Shown: positions 16,117-24,193 of the stretch, piece by piece
Layout of the letters: every line of letters starts with the position of its first letter
How positions within the stretch are numbered: the stretch's first letter is position 1
Assembly (NCBI RefSeq): GCF_005377625.1
Contig: NZ_CP040098.1
Coordinates: 2,499,279 to 2,531,278, forward strand
Length of the DNA: 32,000 nucleotides
DNA from: Desulfoglaeba alkanexedens ALDC
Lineage (GTDB): Bacteria; Desulfobacterota; Syntrophobacteria; Syntrophobacterales; DSM-9756
Direction of reading: 5' to 3'
Translations under genes and position numbers: made by a program
The notes under the pieces: generated by a model
Databases searched by the model: none
What the model saw: the letters and a program-made list of their open reading frames with translations, nothing else
Told to the model about the DNA's origin: nothing

Positions 16117-16923
16117 GTGAGCCTGGGCCCGGGATTCGTGGAACACATGACACCCCGGGCCTTGGCCGCGCTCGCCGACGCCGAGGTGGTTGTCGGCTAC
16201 AGGACCTACCTGGATCTGGTTTCTGAGCTGATCCAAGGCAAAAGGACCGTCGCGAGCGGTATGCGAAAGGAAGTGGCGCGCTGCCGGGCCGCCATCGACG
16301 AGGCGCTTTCGGGAAGCCGCGTGGCTCTCATTTCCAGCGGCGATGCGGGGATCTATGGGATGGCTGGCCTGGTGTTCGACATCTGCAGGGAACGCGGTGT
16401 GGCCGTGATCCCCGCAAGCGCGGACAACGACCGGGAGCCGGAGGACCGAAGTTCGGGACCGGCGGAAAGCGACGGGGTCCCGCTGAGGGTGGAAGTCATC
16501 CCGGGTGTCGCGGCCTTCAACGCGGCGGCCGCACGCCTCGGCGCGCCGCTCATGCACGATTTCGCCGCGGTGAGCTTGAGCGACCACCTGACGCCCTGGC
16601 CCGTGATCGCGGGGCGCCTGGAAGCCGCCGCCCAGGCCGATTTCGTTCTGGCCATCTACAACCCGCGAAGCGGCTCCCGGCCGCACCGGCTTTCGGAAGC
16701 CCGCGATATCCTGCTTCGCCACCGGCCGGCGGAAACTCCGGTGGGCCTTGTGCAACGCGCCATGCGAGACGGCGAAGCGCGGCGGCTGGCGACCCTTGGA
16801 ACCCTGCCGGTGGAATGGGTGGACATGCAGACGGTGGTCCTGGTGGGAAACAGCCGCACCTATGTCTGGAACGACTGGATGGTGACGCCGAGAGGCTACC
16901 TGGACAAGTACGACGTGGAGTGA
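16117..16923 (+). CDS. cbiH: Cobalt-precorrin-3B C17-methyltransferase CbiH/CobJ
   Basis: The track ORF (15514..16923) is an in-frame upstream extension overlapping cbiG. A GTG at 16117, 5 nt after the cbiG stop, gives (M)SLGPGFVEHMTPRAL, which keeps the conserved GPG. Other signatures are GYRTYLDL, ALISSGDAGIYGMAGL, GAPLMHDFAAVSLSDHLTPW, FVLAIYNPRS and MVTPRGY. Confidence 0.86.
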   Translation: MSLGPGFVEHMTPRALAALADAEVVVGYRTYLDLVSELIQGKRTVASGMRKEVARCRAAIDEALSGSRVALISSGDAGIYGMAGLVFDICRERGVAVIPASADNDREPEDRSSGPAESDGVPLRVEVIPGVAAFNAAAARLGAPLMHDFAAVSLSDHLTPWPVIAGRLEAAAQADFVLAIYNPRSGSRPHRLSEARDILLRHRPAETPVGLVQRAMRDGEARRLATLGTLPVEWVDMQTVVLVGNSRTYVWNDWMVTPRGYLDKYDVE

Positions 16924-16945
16924 CGGATAGGATGCCGTCTCATGC

Positions 16946-16980
16946 CCTGTAGGAGCCGGCTTGCCGGCGATCAGGGTCAA
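16946..16980. repeat. Solo type-B left arm
   Basis: CCTGTAGGAGCCGGCTTGCCGGCGATCAGGGTCAA, located between the convergent cbiH and HDOD gene ends. Confidence 0.8.
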
Positions 16981-17014
16981 CACGGCTTTCATGAGTTTGT
17001 TTTTGGACAAGCCC

Positions 17015-17860
17015 TCAGCTGAAGAGCGTCGTCGCCTCGGCGGCGAAGATGGTGCGGATTTCTTCCAGAAGATCTTCGATTTTCGCCGGAGACATCTTGA
17101 GGGCCTTGGCGCTTTTCACTTCGGAAAGTTCCAGGTCGGGACGCTTGGTGGGGCCGATTTCCAGCTTGTGGCAGAACGCGTTGGCCAGGTGGACGATCAC
17201 CGTTAGAGCCGGAAGCAGGCGGGCTCGGGCCGGTGCGTGGTGACAGCCGATGGCTTCTTCGATTTCTTCCGCAAACTGCCACTTGCGGGCGAGAAGCTGA
17301 CCCACCTGGGCGTGGTCGAATCCCAGCAGGCGCTGCTCCATCCTCACAAAGGAGGTTTCCGGGTCATTGTAGACTTCCTCAAGGATGGAGAGCATCTTGT
17401 CGTTGAATTTTATGAGCAGGATCATCTTTCCCACGTCGTGGAGCAGCCCCGCCAGGAAGGCTTCTTCGGCCTTGGAATACCGGAGGCTCTGCGCGATGGT
17501 TCGGGCCGCCAGGCCGCATCCCAGCGAATGCTCCCAGAGCAGCTTTTCCGTCAGCCCGAAGTTGTCGAAGATGTCCCGCGTAACGGAGGCGACCACCAGG
17601 GATCGGATGGTTCTGAAGCCGATCACCACTACGGCTTCCGTAATGGTGGCGATGGACCGGGACCGGGCGTAAAAGGACGAATTGGCCAACTTGAGGACTC
17701 GGGCGGCGAGCGACTGGTCCTGGGAAATGATGCGCTGGAGGTCCTGAGCGGTGGTGTCGGGGTTGGACACCATGGTCATGACCTGACTGGCCACGTGAGG
17801 CATGGCGGGAAGGTCGCCGGCGGTCAGTACGACTCTTTGCACGGAAGATTCGGTTGCCAT
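17015..17860 (-). CDS. HDOD domain-containing signalling protein
   Basis: Start set at ATG 17860 (MATESSVQRVVL) rather than the TTG at 17968, whose extension is Arg-rich. LPAMPHVASQVMTMVSNPDTTAQDLQRIISQDQSLAARVLKLANSSFY is the canonical HDOD N-region, followed by a later LLHDVGK. Confidence 0.85.
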   Translation of the reverse strand: MATESSVQRVVLTAGDLPAMPHVASQVMTMVSNPDTTAQDLQRIISQDQSLAARVLKLANSSFYARSRSIATITEAVVVIGFRTIRSLVVASVTRDIFDNFGLTEKLLWEHSLGCGLAARTIAQSLRYSKAEEAFLAGLLHDVGKMILLIKFNDKMLSILEEVYNDPETSFVRMEQRLLGFDHAQVGQLLARKWQFAEEIEEAIGCHHAPARARLLPALTVIVHLANAFCHKLEIGPTKRPDLELSEVKSAKALKMSPAKIEDLLEEIRTIFAAEATTLFS

Positions 17861-18097
17861 CGGCAGCGTAAGCTCCAATCTGCGGCGAAGGGAACGTCGG
17901 GCGTGGTTTGCATCACCGCTTGCCGCCGCCAAGCGGCCGGCCGACCGCCGACGGCAAAGCGACGCCAAACTCTATATCGAACAGATGCGGTGTCTTCTTG
18001 AGTCAAAAATGATGGGAGAAGCGCTCTGTGAGATGAGCCATCCTTCGAGGCGTTGGCTGCGGTGCGGGTTCAGCAGCAGGTGATCGTTTCCTTTGAG

Positions 18098-18440
18098 GCT
18101 GTCTGAGAATACCCTTCACCCTTTGGGGATTGAGTGTCCGTTTTTTTCGCGTAGGGGCGGTTCGCGAACGGCACCTAAGGAGCGATTCGTGCCCTGTAGG
18201 GGCGCAGCGGCGCTGCGCCCCTACTCGCCGGCGATCAGGGTCGATGCGGCATGGCCGGTTTACGGGTCGCGGCGAGGGTGCCGCTCCTGCGGGGTCTGGG
18301 TCGCGGGCAAGCCCGCTCCTACCGATAACGGAACAGCGGGCCAGTTGCCTTCCACCTTATTCCCAAGCTCCAGATTGGGAACACAGCTATGCACAAACTC
18401 CAGATTGGGAACACAGCTGCGCAGAAGTTCCAGCTTCGAT
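18098..18440. repeat. REP/MITE-like array (type C, type B variants, type-A with tandem duplication)
   Basis: Type C at 18098-18143. A 13-bp-arm palindrome GTAGGGGCGCAGC-ggc-GCTGCGCCCCTAC lies at 18196-18224. A type-B right arm TCGCGGGCAAGCCCGCTCCTAC is near 18301-18322. A type-A variant ATTCCCAAGCTCCAGATTGGGAAC lies at 18359-18382, followed by a ~31-bp tandem duplicate and GAAGTTCCAGCTTC. Confidence 0.85.
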
Positions 18441-18582
18441 TCCCATAAGGCCGTGATCCCCATGCGAATCCGCAACAAAATCCATACTAAAGAACCCAAA
18501 CACCCCTGCCTCGTCATATAAAGGCTGCGGCGTCCGCGCTATCCTTCCCCGCCCTGAACGACGGAGCTTGTCGCGGAACTGG

Positions 18583-18945
18583 TCAAACCCAGTGCCCGCC
18601 GGTATCGGGGGCCTTGGTCGACTGCAGTTTCCCGGCCTTGTAGTTTTCAACGGCCTGCCGGACTGTGCCGGTTACGTTGACGAAAACGGGGATCCCCGCG
18701 GCGCGCAGGGTATCGAAGGCCCTGGGGCCGCAGTGGCCGGTAAGAACGGCGTCGGGTTTGAGACGCGCCACGGCGGCTGCGGCTTGAACCCCGGCGCCTT
18801 GAGCCGCCTGAAGGTTCTGCTGGTTGGGGATTACCTCGAAGTTCATCGTTTCCGTGTCCACAATGAGAAAACTGGGCGCCCGGCCGAAACGGGCGTCGAC
18901 CGGTGCTTCCAGGTTCTGACCGCTTGATGTTACGGCGACTTTCAT
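18583..18945 (-). CDS. NifB/NifX-family (FeMo-cofactor-binding-like, MTH1175-like) small protein
   Basis: Start ATG 18945 (MKVAVTSSGQNLEAPVDARFGRAPSFLIVD; AAGGATGA SD). FGRAPxFxIVD plus ...AVLTGHCGPRAFDTLRAAGIPVF... match the NifX/NifB-C domain pattern. Confidence 0.85.
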   Translation of the reverse strand: MKVAVTSSGQNLEAPVDARFGRAPSFLIVDTETMNFEVIPNQQNLQAAQGAGVQAAAAVARLKPDAVLTGHCGPRAFDTLRAAGIPVFVNVTGTVRQAVENYKAGKLQSTKAPDTGGHWV

Positions 18946-19053
18946 AACAGATTCATCCTTTCGTTGAGGGGAGCCGCTCCTAAAGCAATCGAGTCCACCG
19001 CGCCTCAGGGGTGAACCCCTTTCCATGGGATTGCGGGCGATGGATTTCGAAAG

Positions 19054-20307
19054 TCAGTGGTCGCAGACGTTCGGGCCGGTCTCGAGAGAGCCGTCAAGGT
19101 ATTTCTGAAGCAGGGCATCGGGATCCATCACCGGGGCTCCCGTCACCACTCGGATGCCTTGTTCCGCGAACTGGCTGATGGCCCGCTGCCCCATGCCGCC
19201 GGAGATGACCACCTTGATACCCTGGTTCGCCAGCCACCGGGGAAGAAGCCCCGGTTCGTGCGGCGGCGGCGTGACCCATTCCCTGCCGTCCACGCGGCCG
19301 TCTTTCACGCTGAGGATGGCGAACTGTTCGCAATGGCCGAAATGGTTGCACAGTACTCCTTGAGCCGTGGGGATGGCCACTTTTAAGGCGTTGCCGCCGG
19401 CCGCCGAAGCGACTTCCGGCTTTGCCGCAACGGTTTTGGCGGCGGTGGGGGCTTCCGCCGGCAGGCACCGTTCTTCGACGGCGTCGATGAGTCGATTCAC
19501 GGCCTGGATGAACGGCGTGTCGCTCGGACCTTCCATGAAGGGCCGTCCCGCGTCGCCGCCTTCGACGACCCGCGGATCGAAGGGAAGGCTTCCCAAGAGC
19601 GTCAGCTGCATCCGTTCCGCGGTTCTGCGGCCGCCGCCTCTACGGAACAGGTCGATTTCCTTGCCGCAATGAGGGCACACCAGGCCGTCCATGTTTTCCA
19701 CCAGTCCCAGGATGCTCATCTGGACCTTGCGACAGAAATTGATGGATTTTCGCACATCGGCAAGGGCCACTTCCTGGGGCGTCGTGACGATCACAGCGTG
19801 AGCGTCGGGTATGGTCTGAGCCACGCTGAGCGGTTCGTCGCCGGTTCCCGGCGGGCAGTCGATCACGAGATAATCCAACTTCCCCCAGTTCACTTCGGAA
19901 ATGAATTGTTTGATAACGCCATGTTTTATAGGCCCCCGCCAGATCACCGCCGAGTCCCGGTCTTCCAGCAGGTACTCGATGGAGACCACTTCCAGGTTTT
20001 CGTTGTAGCGGTGCGGGATGAGCCGCTTGTGTTCGTCCATGCCGAACATGCCGGTGATGCCGAGCATCCTCGGGGTACTGGGGCCATGGAGGTCCACGTC
20101 CATGAGGCCCACCTTGTATCCCCTGTTGGCGAGCCCCAAGGCGATGTATACTGCGACGCTGCTTTTCCCCACCCCGCCCTTGCCGCTCATAACCAACAGC
20201 TTGTGCTGGATCTGCTGAAGTTGACGGTGAAGCTGCTCCTCTTCCTGGGACGCGGCGTTTTTCTCGGCTCCGCCGTGGCCGCAGGAACCCTTCTCGCAAC
20301 TGCCCAT
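19054..20307 (-). CDS. Mrp/ApbC/NBP35-family P-loop ATPase fused to a C-terminal NifB/NifX-like domain
   Basis: Start ATG 20307 (MGSCEKGSCGHGG; GGAGAG SD), not 20985, because that extension crosses promoter and repeat DNA. Deviant Walker A LVMSGKGGVGKSS and the Mrp CxxC motif (CPHCG) are present. The C-terminus LKVAIPTAQGVLCNHFGHCEQFAILSV...VVISGGMGQRAISQFAEQGIRVV is a NifX-like domain. Confidence 0.88.
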   Translation of the reverse strand: MGSCEKGSCGHGGAEKNAASQEEEQLHRQLQQIQHKLLVMSGKGGVGKSSVAVYIALGLANRGYKVGLMDVDLHGPSTPRMLGITGMFGMDEHKRLIPHRYNENLEVVSIEYLLEDRDSAVIWRGPIKHGVIKQFISEVNWGKLDYLVIDCPPGTGDEPLSVAQTIPDAHAVIVTTPQEVALADVRKSINFCRKVQMSILGLVENMDGLVCPHCGKEIDLFRRGGGRRTAERMQLTLLGSLPFDPRVVEGGDAGRPFMEGPSDTPFIQAVNRLIDAVEERCLPAEAPTAAKTVAAKPEVASAAGGNALKVAIPTAQGVLCNHFGHCEQFAILSVKDGRVDGREWVTPPPHEPGLLPRWLANQGIKVVISGGMGQRAISQFAEQGIRVVTGAPVMDPDALLQKYLDGSLETGPNVCDH

Positions 20308-20408
20308 GGTGCTCTCTCCTTCCTCAATGTTGAAATCGAAAGGGAACGATGTTTCGGCTGCCTTCGGACGCCGTAACCACCGGCCAACCTGGCTCACGCT
20401 GCTTTCGA

Positions 20409-20423
20409 GCAAAGTCTGTGCCA
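20409..20423 (-). promoter_or_regulatory. Sigma-54 -24/-12 promoter upstream of the mrp-nifX-like unit
   Basis: The reverse complement reads tTGGCACagactTTGCTc, a perfect TGGCAC-N5-TTGC match, about 100 nt upstream of ATG 20307. Confidence 0.75.
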
Positions 20424-20499
20424 AGACTTGCCGGAAAGGATCTTTCAGGGGAACGCGGGAGCGGCGGACGGCCGGAGGCGGTACCCGACGTGAGGGAAT

Positions 20500-20516
20500 G
20501 GGTGCAGATCGCACCC
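20500..20516. promoter_or_regulatory. Putative enhancer (UAS) palindrome GGGTGC-N5-GCACCC
   Basis: GGGTGCagatcGCACCC(gg) begins 77 nt upstream of the -24 element. The same palindrome occurs 76 nt upstream of the second sigma-54 promoter, at 25013-25029. Confidence 0.55.
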
Positions 20517-20774
20517 GGCCGGTGTGCGGCCGGTTGCAGAACGCCTCCGGCTGGAAGTGCCGGCCCTGGATGTGCCGGCCCGAGGGGGATCGTTTCCAAT
20601 AACCCCCATGACCCCGTGGGGTCACAACGAAGCATGAAAATTCGGGATACGGGGCAGTGGGGTAGAGCTCAAAAAAATGGCACAATAACCAATCGACATT
20701 ATTGGTGGATCTTCTATTTTCATACAAACGTAAGACAGGGCCGGTGCCTTGACACGGCAAACCGAGGCGATCTT

Positions 20775-20853
20775 CTGTAGTAGCCGGCTTGCCGGCGATC
20801 AGGGCCGACGAGGCATTGCCGGTTTTACGGGTCGCGGGCAAGCCCACTCCTAC
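20775..20853. repeat. Complete type-B composite element
   Basis: CTGTAGTAGCCGGCTTGCCGGCGAT-cagggccgacgaggcattgccggttttacgggt-CGCGGGCAAGCCCACTCCTAC. Its right end overlaps the stop codon of the activator gene. Confidence 0.85.
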
Positions 20854-22277
20854 AAATGAAACGAATCGGATAAAGAAGATTCGGACCGCGAGGGTGAGGG
20901 ATCGGTCAGGCGGTAGCGTTTCATCTTGCGCCGGAGGGTGTTTTTGTCGATCCCCAACTCGCGGGCGGTGGCCATGCGTCGCCACGCGTTTCGTTCCAGG
21001 GCCTCCCAGATGGCTCGGCGTTCGACGTCTTTGAGGGTGGAGCCCGGTTCGGGAGGGAGTCGCTTGCTTTGCGCGCGCAGGTGTTCCGGGAGGTGTTCGG
21101 GTCGGATGAGGCCGTCCGAACAGAGGATGAAGGCGTGTTCGATGGCGTTTTCCAATTCGCGGATGTTTCCCGGCCAGTCGTGGTGCATGAAGACGGCGAG
21201 GGTTTCCCGGCTGAGCCCGGCGACGGTCTTGTCTTGGAGGCGGTTGAAGCGATCGATGAAATGCTGAGTGAGCAGCGGGATGTCTTCGCGGCGTTCACTG
21301 AGGGGCGGAAGCCACAGCTTGACCACGTTGACGCGGTAGTAGAGGTCTTTTCGAAAGATGCCCCGTTCGACCAATTCTTCCAGGTCTTTGTTGGATGCGG
21401 CGATGATCCGGACATTGGCCTTGACGCTTTTCGACGACCCGAGCGGCTCGTAGACACGTTCTTCGATAACGCGAAGGAGCCTCACCTGGAGGGCCGGCGA
21501 GACGTCTCCGATTTCATCGAGGAGAAGAGTTCCGCCTTCCGCCAGGGCGAAACGTCCTTGCCGGGCCTTCTTCGCGTCGGTGAAGGCTCCGGCCACGTGC
21601 CCGAAAAGTTCCGATTCCAAGAGGGTGTCGGGAAGGGCCCCGCAGTTTACGGCGACGAAGGGGCCGCGGGCCCTCGGGCTCATGGAATGCAGCGTACGTG
21701 CGAGCACCTCCTTGCCCGTGCCGCTTTCGCCCTGGATGAGCACGGTGCTTTCGCTGCGGGCGATTTCCGGGAGGATAGCGAAAAGCTTCTGCATGGCGGG
21801 AGACTTGGAGACCATGTCCCCGAAGCTGTAGCGGCGGTGGAGCTCCCGGCGGAGTCTTTCCACCAGGCTGAGATCCCGGAAGGTTTCCACGCCGCCGATC
21901 ACCCGGCCTTCGGCGTCTTTGAGGAGCGCGGTGCTCACGCTGATGGGGATTTCTTTGCCTTCGGCGGTTAGGATGGCGATGGGTTTGTCGACGATGGGCT
22001 TTCCGGTCTCCAGGGTGTGGCGGAGCGCACAGGCCGTCTCGCAGATGTTGGCCCGGAAGACTTCGCAGCAGGGCCGCCCGATGGCTTCATCCTTCGGTAT
22101 GCCGGTGATGATTTCCGCGGCTCGGTTGAACCACGTGATCCGGAAATCGCGGTCCACGGTGAAGACACCGTCGGCGATGCTGTTCAGGATGATTTCCGTC
22201 GATCCGGCGCAGGAAAGGGGCGTCGCGGGGGGTTCCCGGTTTTCGGCGGGCTTCGATGAAGAGATCTTGGAGTCCAT
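20850..22277 (-). CDS. Sigma-54-dependent transcriptional activator (PAS - AAA+ - Fis-type HTH)
   Basis: 475 aa with an N-terminal PAS domain ([30 protein letters not shown]). The AAA+ sigma-54 interaction module has Walker [24 protein letters not shown] and RIIAASN. The C-terminal HTH reads [22 protein letters not shown]. Confidence 0.92.
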   Translation of the reverse strand: MDSKISSSKPAENREPPATPLSCAGSTEIILNSIADGVFTVDRDFRITWFNRAAEIITGIPKDEAIGRPCCEVFRANICETACALRHTLETGKPIVDKPIAILTAEGKEIPISVSTALLKDAEGRVIGGVETFRDLSLVERLRRELHRRYSFGDMVSKSPAMQKLFAILPEIARSESTVLIQGESGTGKEVLARTLHSMSPRARGPFVAVNCGALPDTLLESELFGHVAGAFTDAKKARQGRFALAEGGTLLLDEIGDVSPALQVRLLRVIEERVYEPLGSSKSVKANVRIIAASNKDLEELVERGIFRKDLYYRVNVVKLWLPPLSERREDIPLLTQHFIDRFNRLQDKTVAGLSRETLAVFMHHDWPGNIRELENAIEHAFILCSDGLIRPEHLPEHLRAQSKRLPPEPGSTLKDVERRAIWEALERNAWRRMATARELGIDKNTLRRKMKRYRLTDPSPSRSESSLSDSFHL

Positions 22278-22322
22278 GCCGGGAATGCCCCGCGGTTCGG
22301 GAAACGGATCGACCGGTGTTGG

Positions 22323-23246
22323 TCACCGATCGAGCATGGAGGCCGGAATCGATGTCGTGGGGTTGGCTTCGGTTTCATCCGTCGATCGCGGAATGTCCGC
22401 TTCGAGGATTTCCCAGAAACGACGCACGGCATCAGCCACAGGATTCTTATCGTATTCGACGACGGTGAGGCCGTCAACCTGGGCACGGGTGACAACGGGG
22501 TCGAAGGGGATGTGCCCGAGAAAGGGGATGCCTTTCCGAGCGCAGTTTTCTTCGATTTCACGGGCGGCGTCCCAGAAGAGGTCGGCCTTGTTCACGCAGG
22601 CGAAGGCGGGGATTCCGAAATGAGCCGCCAGCTCCGCTGCGCGCGCCAGATCGTGGATCCCGGAAACCGTCGGTTCGCTCACGATGAGCACCGCGGACGC
22701 GCCTCCGATGGAGGCGATCACCGGGCAGCCGATTCCCGGCGGGCCGTCGGTCAAGATCCATTGGAGATTGCGTTCTTCCGCCAGCCGCCTGGCTTCCTTG
22801 CGAACCAGGCTCACCAGCTTTCCCGAGTTTTCTTCCGCTATGCCGAGCCGGGCGTGGATCAGCGGCCCGAAGCGCGTCTCCGAAACGAACCACTCTCCGC
22901 AGTGGTTTTCAATGAAATCAATGGCGCCGGCGGGGCAGAAGTAATAGCAGACGCCGCAGCCTTCGCAGAGGAACTCGTTCACGACGAGGTGCTCATCGAT
23001 GGCTTCAAACCGGCACCACTTCGCGCATTCACCGCATTCGATGCAGCGGTCCGCCTGGATCACGGCCTTCCGGCCGGAAACGAAATCGTGCCGCTGAACG
23101 ATGTTCGGAGCCAGCAGGAGGTGAAGGTCCGCCGCGTCCACATCGGCGTCACAGAGAACCTTGTTTTGGGCCACGGCGGCCAGAGCCCCCACCAGGCTGG
23201 TCTTGCCGGTACCGCCCTTTCCGCTGATTACAACGAGTTCTCGCAT
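22323..23246 (-). CDS. MinD/ParA/CooC-type P-loop ATPase with inserted 2x[4Fe-4S]-ferredoxin motifs (paralog B)
   Basis: Start ATG 23246 (MRELVVISGKGGTGKTS; AAGGA SD). The track extension to 23906 merely overlaps the upstream gene. Ferredoxin motifs are CIECGECAKWC and CEGCGVCYYFCP. The MinD-like core has LTDGPPGIGCPV. Confidence 0.88.
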   Translation of the reverse strand: MRELVVISGKGGTGKTSLVGALAAVAQNKVLCDADVDAADLHLLLAPNIVQRHDFVSGRKAVIQADRCIECGECAKWCRFEAIDEHLVVNEFLCEGCGVCYYFCPAGAIDFIENHCGEWFVSETRFGPLIHARLGIAEENSGKLVSLVRKEARRLAEERNLQWILTDGPPGIGCPVIASIGGASAVLIVSEPTVSGIHDLARAAELAAHFGIPAFACVNKADLFWDAAREIEENCARKGIPFLGHIPFDPVVTRAQVDGLTVVEYDKNPVADAVRRFWEILEADIPRSTDETEANPTTSIPASMLDR

Positions 23247-24103
23247 GTCCTGTCCTTTTCCGAACTTGCCTCGTGCAGGTCGAGGATGGAATCCAAGAGT
23301 TGCCGCATCATGCGGCGCCATTGCGGAAGTCGCTCCACCAGCAGTTCGCCGCGGGCGTATGCTTCGGCCGCTTTTCGGTCGAAGGGGATTTCCAGGAGCA
23401 CCGGAAGCCCTTCCCCGGCTGCATACTGCCTGACCCGGCCGTTGCCCATGTCCGAACGGTTGATCACCAGTCCCGCGGGCAGGTTCATCTTTCGAACGAC
23501 CCCAACGGCCAGTTCCAGGTCGTTCAGGCCGAAAGGCGTTGGTTCCGTTACCAGGAGTGCGAAATCGGTCCCGTAGAGCGACGTCACCACCGGGCAGGAT
23601 GTGCCCGGTGGCGCGTCGACGATGGTGAGGTCTTCGGTGACGGTGATGGATCGGATGCGGCGGATGAGCGGAGGCGCCATGGCCTCTCCGATCCTCAGCC
23701 GGCCGTGCGCGAACCGAACAGGCCCGCGCCGGCCCATCTCGAGGGTTCCTACGATCCGACGGCCCGGCTTTACGGCGTCTTCCGGGCAGACCATGAAGCA
23801 GCCGCCGCAGCCGTGGCAGAGTTCGGGGAAGGTGAGCACCGTTTCCGGTAGCACGGCGATGGCGTTGAATTGGCAGATTTCCTGGCACCTCCCGCACAAG
23901 TTGCAACGGTCCATGTCGATTTCCGGCACCTCGATGGTGACCTCTTCGCTGTGATCCAGCACCGGTTTCAAAAACAAGTGCGCGTTCGGCTCTTCCACAT
24001 CGCAGTCGAACAAAGCGACAGGCCGATCCGCGGCCACCGCAAGATTTACGGCCAGGGTGGTCTTTCCGGTTCCTCCCTTGCCGCTCGCCACAGAGATGAT
24101 CAT
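23228..24103 (-). CDS. MinD/ParA/CooC-type P-loop ATPase with inserted 2x[4Fe-4S]-ferredoxin motifs (paralog A)
   Basis: 291 aa starting MIISVASGKGGTGKTTLAVNLA. Ferredoxin motifs are CNLCGRCQEICQ and CHGCGGCFMVCP, and the core has DAPPGTSCPV. GAGGAGGGAGGA SD. The 3' end overlaps paralog B by 19 nt. Confidence 0.88.
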   Translation of the reverse strand: MIISVASGKGGTGKTTLAVNLAVAADRPVALFDCDVEEPNAHLFLKPVLDHSEEVTIEVPEIDMDRCNLCGRCQEICQFNAIAVLPETVLTFPELCHGCGGCFMVCPEDAVKPGRRIVGTLEMGRRGPVRFAHGRLRIGEAMAPPLIRRIRSITVTEDLTIVDAPPGTSCPVVTSLYGTDFALLVTEPTPFGLNDLELAVGVVRKMNLPAGLVINRSDMGNGRVRQYAAGEGLPVLLEIPFDRKAAEAYARGELLVERLPQWRRMMRQLLDSILDLHEASSEKDRTCENSL

Positions 24104-24193
24104 CAGAAGTCCTCCCTCCTCAACGGTTCCTTCAGGCCGGTGGGCCGTCCACGCCGGGTTTCTAAAACCGGTGCACCGCCGCCCGCAAGCCGT

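Noticed and set aside
17954-17968. Sigma-54-like TTGGCGtcgcTTTGCC (minus strand) upstream of the HDOD gene
   Set aside because: The GG-to-GC spacing is 9 rather than 10 nt, and the -24 element is TGGCGT.
20610-20623. 14-bp perfect palindrome GACCCCGTGGGGTC, and an AT-rich stretch, between the activator gene end and the UAS
   Set aside because: It is a single occurrence with no partner site at the second promoter. It could be a terminator stem or chance, and the evidence for a regulatory call is insufficient.
20678-20693. TGGCAC hexamer on the plus strand (aaaaTGGCACaataaCCAAt)
   Set aside because: There is no GC at the -12 position, and it points toward the 3' end of a convergent gene with no plus-strand gene downstream.
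20308-20985. N-terminal extensions of track ORFs: 19054..20985, 22323..23906, 24194..25027, 4869..7022, 15514..16923 and 17015..17968
   Set aside because: The extensions cross promoters, repeat elements or the upstream gene, often start at TTG, and lack family similarity. Internal ATG/GTG starts with good SD sequences coincide with the conserved N-termini.
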